A DNA stretch of 64,000 nt from contig JACRCC010000048.1 of assembly GCA_016234405.1 (NCBI GenBank), positions 28,968 through 92,967 on the forward strand. Direction: 5' to 3'. Positions 1 to 7,156 of this stretch are shown here, piece after piece. The notes below the pieces were generated by a model. That model did not search any database, was not told the origin of the DNA, and saw nothing but the letters and a program-made list of their open reading frames with translations. The translations under genes and the position numbers were made by a program. The stretch's first letter is position 1; the number at the start of each line of letters is the position of its first letter. The stretch comes from Deltaproteobacteria bacterium (GTDB taxonomy: Bacteria; Desulfobacterota; GWC2-55-46).

Positions 1-2
1 GC

Positions 3-291
3 TCGGCTGGAAGCTCCGTTTCCACAGGCACAGGGAAGGGGACAACCGCCGGAGGTGGAGGGGGTTCGTCCACCGCCGACAAAAAGGGCTTTTTCGATTC
101 GTTCTTAGCGCACAATAAAAACTCGCTTGGCCTCGGGGGAGGGACTCCTGACGGGGCTTCACCTACAGACACCTTTTCGAGCGGGATTATGGACCCCGGC
201 GCTGGTTATGGCTCGCAAGGCGGCGACGCAATGGCGTGGTTGCCTGTGGTGCTGCTCGGCGCGGGGATAGCGTTTTTGGGGGCGGCGGCAT
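3..291 (+). CDS. C-terminal part of a Gly-rich protein with terminal TM helix (gene enters from beyond window start); phage-associated by context
   Basis: Open frame from the window edge in frame 3 (…GGGGGSSTADKK…MAWLPVVLLGAGIAFLGAAA*). The stop at 289-291 overlaps the ATG of the next gene at 290, so the two are translationally coupled. No family recognised. Confidence 0.25.
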
Positions 292-925
292 GACGGACTT
301 TCTGAGACAACTGCACGAGATAAAAAACAACCGCCCGCAGGTCTATAAAATCATAACGCTCGATCTCTCGACTGCGCGGAGTGATTACGCGCAGTCCATA
401 GCGGGGAATTATTTTATCGTCCTCGAAGCAACGGACATCAACGCGAATGTGCAGGTGCGTTTTAATGAGAGTTATTGTGACGCGGCGACGCTCAAAAAAA
501 GGCAAGGGTTCAAAATCCCATTCTACCGCGTCTTCATTACAAACGCGGTGCAGGCCGGAAAAACCCTCACGATAGCTTACGGCGTCAACGAGTCCCCGCT
601 TGAGTTTATAGACCAGTCAGCAGCAATAGACGTAACCAGCATCGCGCATTTGGAGTCGAACGCCCCGGCGCTCTACAACGTGAGCTGCGCGGTTGCCGGG
701 ACGGAATATTCTCAGGCGCTTCCGGCGAACACGAAAAAGTTTACGGTCAAGGCGCGAGGCGGCTCTTTGAAGGTTTGCTTTACGTCAACCGAGTCCGGGA
801 CTAAATACATACTGCTTCCCGACGGCTCATCTATGTCGGAAGATTTGGTATATCTCGCGGCCCAGACGCTGTATTTCCAAAGCCCCACGACAGGGGCCGT
901 TGCGGAGATAATCGCCTACACATGA
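290..925 (+). CDS. hypothetical protein, phage structural-like (start moved to ATG 290; track ORF begins at 236)
   Basis: ORF 236..925; the ATG at 290 overlaps the upstream stop. Sits in a tight co-directional array with the lysis genes downstream. No recognisable catalytic motifs. Confidence 0.4.
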   Translation: MTDFLRQLHEIKNNRPQVYKIITLDLSTARSDYAQSIAGNYFIVLEATDINANVQVRFNESYCDAATLKKRQGFKIPFYRVFITNAVQAGKTLTIAYGVNESPLEFIDQSAAIDVTSIAHLESNAPALYNVSCAVAGTEYSQALPANTKKFTVKARGGSLKVCFTSTESGTKYILLPDGSSMSEDLVYLAAQTLYFQSPTTGAVAEIIAYT

Positions 926-1554
926 CAATAAAGAGCTTTTTTTCTTTAGAGAGAGAACTCATCGACAAGCCCTTTTTGTTCGACGACTTTCTCGGCAACA
1001 CTCTTAACGGGGAAGGGCTGTGGACGCTTTCATCTGTGGGCGCGGCGCCCGCGTTACTGACTGGAGTAACGGGCGGACAACTGTCCATGAGTTCCGGCCC
1101 GGATAACATCTCTGCGCTCAATCCCGTCGGCTTCGGCATATCCGGCGGCACGACTCTTACCTTTGAGAGCCGCTTCAAACGCAATGCGTCTTATGCGCCG
1201 TCCCGCGCATGGTTCGGGTTTGCAGACTCAACGACATGGAACGGCCCGTCAAATGCGATTATTTTGGATATGCAGGCGGACGGCGGCAATTGGAAGGCCG
1301 TAACCACTTCCGGCGGCACGTCAACGACGACAGATACCGGGGTTGCTGGGACAAACTCTTGGCAAAAACTCAAAGTGGTCGCCACGTCAACGAGCGTCGC
1401 GTTTTACATAGACGACGTGTTAAAGGCCACGCATACGACGAACATCCCTACGGCAAAATTGGGGGTGTGCGTTTCGCTTTATAGAACTCCGCAGAATACA
1501 ACCATGCAGACGATTGATTATATAATGGCTTCAAGCAGCGTAAGAAACAACTGA
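922..1554 (+). CDS. hypothetical beta-sandwich-like protein (possible phage fiber/receptor-binding component)
   Basis: ATGA start/stop overlap with the previous gene. Thr/Ser/Gly-rich and predicted beta-rich (…WKAVTTSGGTSTTTDTGVAGTNSW…). Context is a phage late-gene cassette. Confidence 0.35.
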   Translation: MTIKSFFSLERELIDKPFLFDDFLGNTLNGEGLWTLSSVGAAPALLTGVTGGQLSMSSGPDNISALNPVGFGISGGTTLTFESRFKRNASYAPSRAWFGFADSTTWNGPSNAIILDMQADGGNWKAVTTSGGTSTTTDTGVAGTNSWQKLKVVATSTSVAFYIDDVLKATHTTNIPTAKLGVCVSLYRTPQNTTMQTIDYIMASSSVRNN

Positions 1555-1571
1555 GGCGCGAGCGCGAGGGT

Positions 1572-1817
1572 GTGATGATATTCTACAAGACCGAAGAAGT
1601 TACAAAAGAGGAGATGCGGTTGCAGAAGCTCGAAGACGCCTTTAAGGGCGGCAAACTTTCCAACGAGCAATATCTGTCCGCGATCAACAAGCTCAAAGGG
1701 ACAGGTGAGGGGGCGGCGGTTCAGCGCCCGGCGTCCGTGCTCGATATCGTCCAGCTTTTTCTTATCGTCGCGGTTGTCCTTGCCGGGGTCTATGCCCTCA
1801 AACTCGTCAAATCATGA
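1572..1817 (+). CDS. small membrane protein with C-terminal TM helix (holin/antiholin-like)
   Basis: 81 aa; charged coiled N-terminus then LDIVQLFLIVAVVLAGVYALKLV. ATGA overlap with the downstream transglycosylase gene. Confidence 0.4.
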   Translation: MMIFYKTEEVTKEEMRLQKLEDAFKGGKLSNEQYLSAINKLKGTGEGAAVQRPASVLDIVQLFLIVAVVLAGVYALKLVKS

Positions 1818-2287
1818 AGGGCTGGCACGTCGTCGCAATAATCGTCGTCATCGCAGGGGGTGTTTTTTTTATGTCTAAAAACGTTCAGGCGGCCCGTAGA
1901 GAGAATGACTACGACAGCCTCATCCTCAAGGCCTCCGAGGGGCACGGCGTGCCTGTGGCGCTTATAAAGGCCATTATACGCACAGAATCGAACTTCAACC
2001 CCGAGGCGGTCAATCCGGCGGACCCGAGTGCGGGACTTATGCAGACAACGCCGCCGACGGCCCGCGCCATGCTTGGGCGTTATGTCTCGATCGAAGACCT
2101 GAAAGACCCGGCAACGTCCATCGAGGCGGGGGCGCGGTTTTTGTCGCACCTCATCAAGCATTACCCGCTCGAGGACGCGATCCAGATGTATAACCTCGGC
2201 GAGACGAAGTTTTTAAGAAAGGGGATTAGAGCGCCGGAGTATCTTGAGAGGGTAAAGGGGTTTTTGGCGCATTACTCTGGGAGATAG
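1814..2287 (+). CDS. lytic transglycosylase (SLT domain) with N-terminal Gly/Ala-rich signal-anchor (SAR-endolysin-like)
   Basis: Motifs ESNFNPEAVN…SAGLMQ and YNLGE are typical of SLT/family-1 lytic transglycosylases. N-terminus MKGWHVVAIIVVIAGGVFFM is a weakly hydrophobic anchor. Confidence 0.7.
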   Translation: MKGWHVVAIIVVIAGGVFFMSKNVQAARRENDYDSLILKASEGHGVPVALIKAIIRTESNFNPEAVNPADPSAGLMQTTPPTARAMLGRYVSIEDLKDPATSIEAGARFLSHLIKHYPLEDAIQMYNLGETKFLRKGIRAPEYLERVKGFLAHYSGR

Positions 2288-2575
2288 ATGTATCACGACG
2301 TCGGCTCCGGATCATCCGGATTTGGTGATAGATATATCGCCGCAAGGCGCATCGAGGAGCTGGCGACCGAGATAGATGTATCAAACACAAAAGGGGGTTT
2401 TAAAATGCTTAACTGGAAAACAACGCTGTCGGGAGTGCTCGCCGCATCGAGCTACATACTTCCTCTCTTCGGGGTGCCGTCACCGGTAGCTCAGGCCGTC
2501 GGCGTGATAGGCCTTGCGCTCCTCGGGTATTTCGCAAAGGACAAAAACGTCTCGGGCGGCACGACAATACAGTAA
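2288..2575 (+). CDS. small two-TM membrane protein (holin-like)
   Basis: 95 aa; hydrophobic stretches LSGVLAASSYILPLFGV and VGVIGLALLGYFA. Starts immediately after the endolysin stop. Confidence 0.4.
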   Translation: MYHDVGSGSSGFGDRYIAARRIEELATEIDVSNTKGGFKMLNWKTTLSGVLAASSYILPLFGVPSPVAQAVGVIGLALLGYFAKDKNVSGGTTIQ

Positions 2576-2724
2576 TGGGAATAGACTGGAGCGTCATAAT
2601 CGCGGTGGTCGGCGGCGCTCTTTGGCTTGAGCGCCGCTTGAGTCGCATCGAAAACCTTTTAAAGGGGTGCCCTCATGTCTCTGAAAATCCGCCTCAGGTG
2701 GTGGGTCGAAAGACAGATATCTAA
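2575..2724 (+). CDS. 49-aa small membrane ORF (below track cutoff), TAATG-coupled to previous gene
   Basis: My own translation: MGIDWSVIIAVVGGALWLERRLSRIENLLKGCPHVSENPPQVVGRKTDI*. It has a single TM helix and is compatible with a spanin/lysis accessory protein. Confidence 0.2.
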   Translation: MGIDWSVIIAVVGGALWLERRLSRIENLLKGCPHVSENPPQVVGRKTDI

Positions 2725-3236
2725 GAGGCCGTGGCTGTTGCGGCTTCCGTTCGTAAAGAGGTATTTGCCCGTATGCGTGTTAAGATGTTCTTTACGTGCC
2801 CTTGAGAAAGCCCTAAGTGTTGCCCTATAGCGCGCGCAGTAAAACCTTTCCTCTTCAACCCTTCAACTTTTTCATTCCTTTCAAGAGCGGCCTTGCGCCG
2901 CTCTTCGGCTTTTATGTCCCTGTAGTAGAACGTGGCCATGTCATACCCAAATTCAAACTCTTTGCCGATGATAGAGACGATTTCACGGCGCGGTCGCGCT
3001 TTTAATTCATCAATGCGGCGCGCTACGGTGGCCGTGAATGCCTCTTTGCGGGCCTTGCGCTGGGGTTCATCGGCCTCCCACCGTTTGCGAGCGGTATAAG
3101 ACCTCTCAGCGCGTCCGAGGGCGGTCCCGAGTTCGGTAAGGACGGCGGCGAGGGTAAAGCAGGTGTCCGCATCGAGGGAGAGCGTCACTGTCGGAGCAGT
3201 GACGCCCTCCCTTACAGGGGCTACATCGAGCAGCAT
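2721..3236 (-). CDS. HTH-containing regulator (sigma-70 region-4/LuxR-like C-terminal helix-turn-helix), phage-associated
   Basis: C-terminal GFTARAIGQHLGLSQGHVKNILTRIR resembles an HTH. The body is charged and helical. Transcribed divergently from the lysis cassette. Confidence 0.4.
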   Translation of the reverse strand: MLLDVAPVREGVTAPTVTLSLDADTCFTLAAVLTELGTALGRAERSYTARKRWEADEPQRKARKEAFTATVARRIDELKARPRREIVSIIGKEFEFGYDMATFYYRDIKAEERRKAALERNEKVEGLKRKGFTARAIGQHLGLSQGHVKNILTRIRANTSLRTEAATATAS

Positions 3237-3327
3237 AAGGTGGGGCCTCCTGAGATGATTTTTGTCAAAGAATACAGGAGGTTTGAGGCGAGCGCCGTGA
3301 CCGTCGACACGTAGGACGTGAGTTTTT

Positions 3328-3375
3328 TAAATTTGACATAATATCCATTATGCGACATTGACTTAAATTTGACCT
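3328..3375. promoter_or_regulatory. direct repeats TAAATTTGAC (x2) plus ATTGAC upstream of the regulator gene; candidate operator/promoter
   Basis: TAAATTTGAC at 3328-3337 and 3364-3373, and ATTGACTTA at 3357-3365. The region is AT-rich relative to its surroundings. Confidence 0.25.
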
Positions 3376-3472
3376 TAAGGGGTAATACTGGAATTGCCTG
3401 ATATTTCCAAGTGTTATAACGTAAATCTCTGACTGCATATCAGTTATGGAACCTCTGATTTTTTCTTTTTTT

Positions 3473-3562
3473 TGTCATTCTGAGCACATTCGCAACGCTT
3501 CAGTGTAAACTCCGCGAATAAAACGAAAAGCAGATTCTTCGCTTCGCTCTGTTAGAATGACA
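3473..3562. repeat. structured ~90-nt intergenic repeat element, family 1 (copy A), MITE/REP-like with terminal inverted repeats tgtcattctgagc / gctctgttagaatgaca
   Basis: Shares tgtcattctga(g/a)cacattcgc…cagtgtaaactccgcgaa…gaaa…ttcttcgct with the copy at 30767-30860. Confidence 0.6.
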
Positions 3563-3608
3563 ACAGAGGGCAATTAATCAGAGTTTCCTTATTTCTAATC
3601 ACGGCCTT

Positions 3609-3842
3609 CTACTCAATTACCACGTTTGTGAGCGTCCTTTTTACGTGGCTTATCGCCTGAATCTTGCTAATGACGACGTCTCCGAGAACCTTGAAATTCG
3701 ACGCAGCCACGAGCGCAATCAGGTCATAAGGCCCGGTTACCATCCGCGCCTCTTTTACCCCGCCGATATTCACGAGCTTGTCCAAAACCTCTTTTGAGCG
3801 CGCATGTTCGCATTCAATGAATACATAAGCCTCTACGGACAT
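3609..3842 (-). CDS. standalone Lrp/AsnC-type ligand-binding (RAM) domain protein, no HTH
   Basis: 77 aa (…VFIECEHARSKEVLDKLVNIGGVKEARMVTGPYDLIALV…) matches the C-terminal effector domain of AsnC/Lrp regulators. There is no N-terminal DNA-binding part. Confidence 0.5.
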   Translation of the reverse strand: MSVEAYVFIECEHARSKEVLDKLVNIGGVKEARMVTGPYDLIALVAASNFKVLGDVVISKIQAISHVKRTLTNVVIE

Positions 3843-3866
3843 ATTCCACCCTCCTGAGTTAAAAGT

Positions 3867-4433
3867 CTAACGCAAGACTATCCTGCCTTCTTCGATGCCC
3901 TTTGCAATATCCTCTTCAGGCACGTATTCGTGCACGAGGTTCTGGTGGCAGTCTATGCAGGTGGTTCCGCTAGAGCCTATCTTTTTGTGCTGCATCTTGC
4001 CATAGTCGGATGCCGGATTAGGGGCCTTGTGGCACTTCCTGCAGTTTACGCTGTCGGTTTTTTTCATGGCAGCCCGCGCAATGTGCGCGAATGCGGCCCT
4101 GTGCTTGTCGAACTTTTCCTTTGTGTTCAGATCATACTTGAAATTTCCGATAGTGTCATGCACGCCCTCAGTCAGATGCGTGAATATCCTCTGTAGGAAC
4201 CTCGGCGGAAGATGACAGTCCTTACACTCCGGGTATATGCCGAGCCTTCCGAAGTGAGATGATTTTTTCGTCTCGGCGTCGGGAAAGGTCATGCTGTGGC
4301 ATGACGTGCAAAACTTATACGAGCTTATATGGCGCTCCGTTCTGTAGACGCCGTAAACGGCAGCGAGGGTTATTATGGCCGTTACGGCCACGGTTATCCT
4401 CCTGCCTTTTAAAAAACCTTTAATAAGTCCCAC
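3867..4433 (-). CDS. NapC/NirT/NrfH-family membrane-anchored tetraheme cytochrome c
   Basis: N-terminal TM helix plus four CxxCH motifs (CTSCH, CKDCH, CRKCH, CIDCH) spaced as in NapC/NirT quinol dehydrogenases. Confidence 0.7.
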   Translation of the reverse strand: MGLIKGFLKGRRITVAVTAIITLAAVYGVYRTERHISSYKFCTSCHSMTFPDAETKKSSHFGRLGIYPECKDCHLPPRFLQRIFTHLTEGVHDTIGNFKYDLNTKEKFDKHRAAFAHIARAAMKKTDSVNCRKCHKAPNPASDYGKMQHKKIGSSGTTCIDCHQNLVHEYVPEEDIAKGIEEGRIVLR

Positions 4434-4495
4434 TTGAAGGCCTTTTTTTTAGTAATGTTTAGACGATGCGTTGAAGGGCAACTACCGTAGAAAAA

Positions 4496-4572
4496 TGGCG
4501 CCCCCGAGACGATTCGAACGTCCGGCACGCAGATTAGGAATCTGCTGCTCTATCCATCTGAGCTACGGGGGC
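4496..4572 (-). tRNA. tRNA-Arg (anticodon CCT), CCA encoded
   Basis: The reverse complement folds as a canonical cloverleaf. Acceptor GCCCCCG/CGGGGGC, D-stem GCTC/GAGC, anticodon stem GCAGA/TCTGC with loop TTCCTAA (anticodon CCT), T-stem GGACG/CGTCT with loop TTCGAAT, discriminator G + CCA. Confidence 0.85.
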
Positions 4573-4645
4573 CTGATTACTTAACTGCAAAATTTTAACA
4601 TTTAGGTTTTTGGTGTCAAGGACTATTTGACCTCTGCAAGCGCAT

Positions 4646-5113
4646 CTAACCGCCCCGCCCCCAGAAATCGGCGTCAGGGACGCAATATCCCCTCTTAAAC
4701 GACGGATCCCTTTTCCTGACCCAATACTCTATTATCGAAAAGGCCCTGTTGTGGAATACGCCGTGATAGTGGAGAAATATCAGGTCGAAGAACATATGCG
4801 TCAAAAATCCCGCAAATACAATCCAGAAATAATGCGTTATAAAACCCAACAGAAATAGCGCGGCAAAGACTTCGACCGTATGGAAAACGCTCAACCCGTA
4901 GATGGCGTCCCTGTGTTTCTCCCAGAGCCAGTCGTGGAATTTGAACATATCCCTGATGCCGTATCTCCGGCACACGAAGGCAAAGTCGAAGTAGTGGTCT
5001 ACGTCTATGAATATTATACTTAAAAAAAGCGCGATATTTTCGGCAAGCCCTAAGAATAGGGATGCTATGGCGCTGGTTAGCGCGGCCTGCGCGACATGCT
5101 CCGTAAGTCTCAT
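4646..5113 (-). CDS. YdjM/DUF457-like membrane-bound putative metal-dependent hydrolase (paralog 1)
   Basis: Polytopic membrane protein with DxDH, FKxHD, VFHTxE, GFLxHxxxD and RAFSxxEY motifs. This pattern resembles E. coli YdjM (LPDIDH…FTHS…GYLSHxxxD). Paralog of 6707..7156. Confidence 0.4.
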   Translation of the reverse strand: MRLTEHVAQAALTSAIASLFLGLAENIALFLSIIFIDVDHYFDFAFVCRRYGIRDMFKFHDWLWEKHRDAIYGLSVFHTVEVFAALFLLGFITHYFWIVFAGFLTHMFFDLIFLHYHGVFHNRAFSIIEYWVRKRDPSFKRGYCVPDADFWGRGG

Positions 5114-5185
5114 TCCCCTCCCCCGCCGAAGGAGGGTATTGCCCTCTTAAGGGCGCTTCCCGCTAAAGTTTTTTCCATTCGCCCA

Positions 5186-5213
5186 TTGACAACATGAGAT
5201 GTGCGGCTATACT
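5186..5213 (+). promoter_or_regulatory. candidate sigma70 promoter (TTGACA -16 nt- TATACT) facing the + strand gene at 5547
   Basis: TTGACA at 5186-5191 and TATACT at 5208-5213. Lies in the 430-bp divergent intergenic region. Confidence 0.3.
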
Positions 5214-5546
5214 TAAGACACTTGACGACGATATTATAGCAGGAAATCTCGCAGTTATGAATTTTGATGCAGGGCGCAAGGCGTAGTTTGGTTTGTCAAC
5301 GGCACAGGGCAAAAAAGGTTTGCCGCGCCTTCACCTGAGAAATCATCACTGTTTTTCCCCCTCGGAAATCCAACACATAGAAGTTCGGCTCTCCACGAAC
5401 GCCCCACTAAGTCCTTTTACTCATCCGCGAATTTCATCAAGGCAATAACTCGATGCTGCGTCTGGCCGCATTTACGGCAGTTATTCGATTCTTAACCACG
5501 CATCTTAGGCCTTTGCAACTCGAGCGCGAAACACTCTCGGGTTTAA

Positions 5547-6086
5547 ATGTTCCACCGAATTCTTTTTTTGGGCTTAATTATGTTCCTGCTCTGTCTGTGC
5601 ATACACGTCGCGGTGTGGAGGAATCGTTATCCTAAAAACAGACCCGCGGCGCTTCTTTTTATCTTTATTGTTTTGCCTGTAATTGCCGCGTCAATGTTAG
5701 CGGCGTTAAGCCGTTTTGCCGTTTTTATGCCTTTTGACGTGGGAACATGGGGGATTCCTCTCATTGAGTTTACCGGGGCATACCTCCTGCACTTTTCACT
5801 CTCGGCCGCGTATATCATGAGTTACCCGGCCGTGGAAGCCGTCTCGCCGTCACTCATGCTCGCGCTCATAATAGGCGGATCCAACGAACGAGGGGTGTCC
5901 ATTGAAGAGCTTATTTCGACCTTTGACGGCAAGTTTCTCCTCGAACCGAGGATTAAAGACTTGAAAGACGCAGGCATGGTGAGCGAATCGAAAGGTCTCC
6001 TTTCGCTTACTCGCCGTGGAAAGAGTTTTGTAACGCCTTTCATCGTTTTAAGACGCGCGCTCGGATTGCCGATAGGAGGGGGGTGA
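5547..6086 (+). CDS. membrane-anchored protein with C-terminal winged-helix-like domain (paralog B)
   Basis: About four N-terminal TM helices, then GVSIEELISTF…RIKDLKDAGMVSESKGLLSLTRRG (MarR/PadR-like wHTH pattern). Paralogous to 6093..6701. Confidence 0.35.
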   Translation: MFHRILFLGLIMFLLCLCIHVAVWRNRYPKNRPAALLFIFIVLPVIAASMLAALSRFAVFMPFDVGTWGIPLIEFTGAYLLHFSLSAAYIMSYPAVEAVSPSLMLALIIGGSNERGVSIEELISTFDGKFLLEPRIKDLKDAGMVSESKGLLSLTRRGKSFVTPFIVLRRALGLPIGGG

Positions 6087-6092
6087 TATTTC

Positions 6093-6701
6093 ATGGACGG
6101 ACTAATTCCGGCGCTTATGCTGCTTTCCGCGGCGCCGATGCTTGTGTTTTTTATGCAACTCGCGGCAAACGGGTTTTTAAAGGCGCTAAAAATAAAAATA
6201 TCAAACCAGCTCGTCGTGATATTGTGCTGTGCGGCCGGCCACGCGCCAATAGCTGCAATCCTTTGGACCGTGTATCTGCAAAAAATCGCCTCCGCGTCTG
6301 AACTGACGCTCGCCGCGCTATATTGTCTCATCGTCTATAACGCCCTTGCATACTCCTACTTCCACCTCTTCAATATGAGCGAGACGGCAAGGCGCATCCG
6401 TATACTTTACGAGATATACTCCACCGGCGTTTTAAGCGCGTCTCAGATAGCGTCGTCTTACAACCCGTCTGTCATGGTGAAAAACAGGATTGAAAGGCTT
6501 GTCGCGATGAGGCAGATAAAACAGAGCGGCAACCGGTACTTCCTCGATCAAAGGCTCATCTTTGCCGTCTCCTCCGCCGTTGCAGGCTGGGGCGCCCTTC
6601 TCAGTATACCGTATCCTGCAATGAGGAAATCCGCCTCCAACGGGAAGGCGCGGCTTGGGCAGTCCCTCGTGAAACAAGACGCCAAGCAAGACGCCGCATG
6701 A
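6093..6701 (+). CDS. membrane-anchored protein with C-terminal winged-helix-like domain (paralog C)
   Basis: TM-rich N-terminus, then VLSASQIASSYN…RIERLVAMRQIKQSGNRYFLDQRL. Starts 7 nt after paralog B. Confidence 0.35.
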   Translation: MDGLIPALMLLSAAPMLVFFMQLAANGFLKALKIKISNQLVVILCCAAGHAPIAAILWTVYLQKIASASELTLAALYCLIVYNALAYSYFHLFNMSETARRIRILYEIYSTGVLSASQIASSYNPSVMVKNRIERLVAMRQIKQSGNRYFLDQRLIFAVSSAVAGWGALLSIPYPAMRKSASNGKARLGQSLVKQDAKQDAA

Positions 6702-6706
6702 TGTCA

Positions 6707-7156
6707 TCAGGTATCCCGCGCCTTAACGACCTCGCGTATCGAGGTGAAGTATCCCCGCCTCCTCCTCACTAAATACTCCGCTACCGAAAATGCCCTCGCG
6801 TAAGGACGTCCCATATAACTCAGCTGCAGCTGGTCCAAGAGATGATGAAAGAGAAACCCCATCAGGACAAGATTGGCTTCGTCAAGATATAAGCCCGCGA
6901 CGTAGAGCACGGCGTAACACTCGAGCGTGTGAAATACGTTAAGACCTAAAAAGTTGTCGAGGTTATTTAAGAGCGTGTCGTGGTATTTGAAAAGGCCTCT
7001 TATGCTGACGCTTTTGGTATCGAGCCAGTACTCAATAAAATGGTCGAGGTCTATGGCAACCACCGCGGCGCCGAATATGAGGGCATTGAACCCGATAAAC
7101 GGATATAGCGCGGCCGCCCCTGCCGCAGCCTGCGCCGCGTGCGCCTCTGGTTTCAA
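6707..7156 (-). CDS. YdjM/DUF457-like membrane-bound putative hydrolase (paralog 2)
   Basis: Same DxDH / FKYHD / VFHTLE / GFLFHHLLD / RAFSVAEY motif set as 4646..5113. Stop overlaps the start of the upstream YfhO gene. Confidence 0.4.
   Translation of the reverse strand: MKPEAHAAQAAAGAAALYPFIGFNALIFGAAVVAIDLDHFIEYWLDTKSVSIRGLFKYHDTLLNNLDNFLGLNVFHTLECYAVLYVAGLYLDEANLVLMGFLFHHLLDQLQLSYMGRPYARAFSVAEYLVRRRRGYFTSIREVVKARDT

Noticed and set aside
206-505. 99-aa minus-strand ORF overlapping the start of the phage-like + strand genes
   Set aside because: It is antisense to a tightly coupled + strand gene array. The product is Arg/Pro-rich, low-complexity, and has no recognisable motifs.
5822-6331. 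169-aa minus ORF spanning the junction of the two + strand wHTH-membrane genes
   Set aside because: It overlaps two adjacent, well-formed paralogous + strand ORFs. The paralogy on the + strand supports those ORFs as the real genes.
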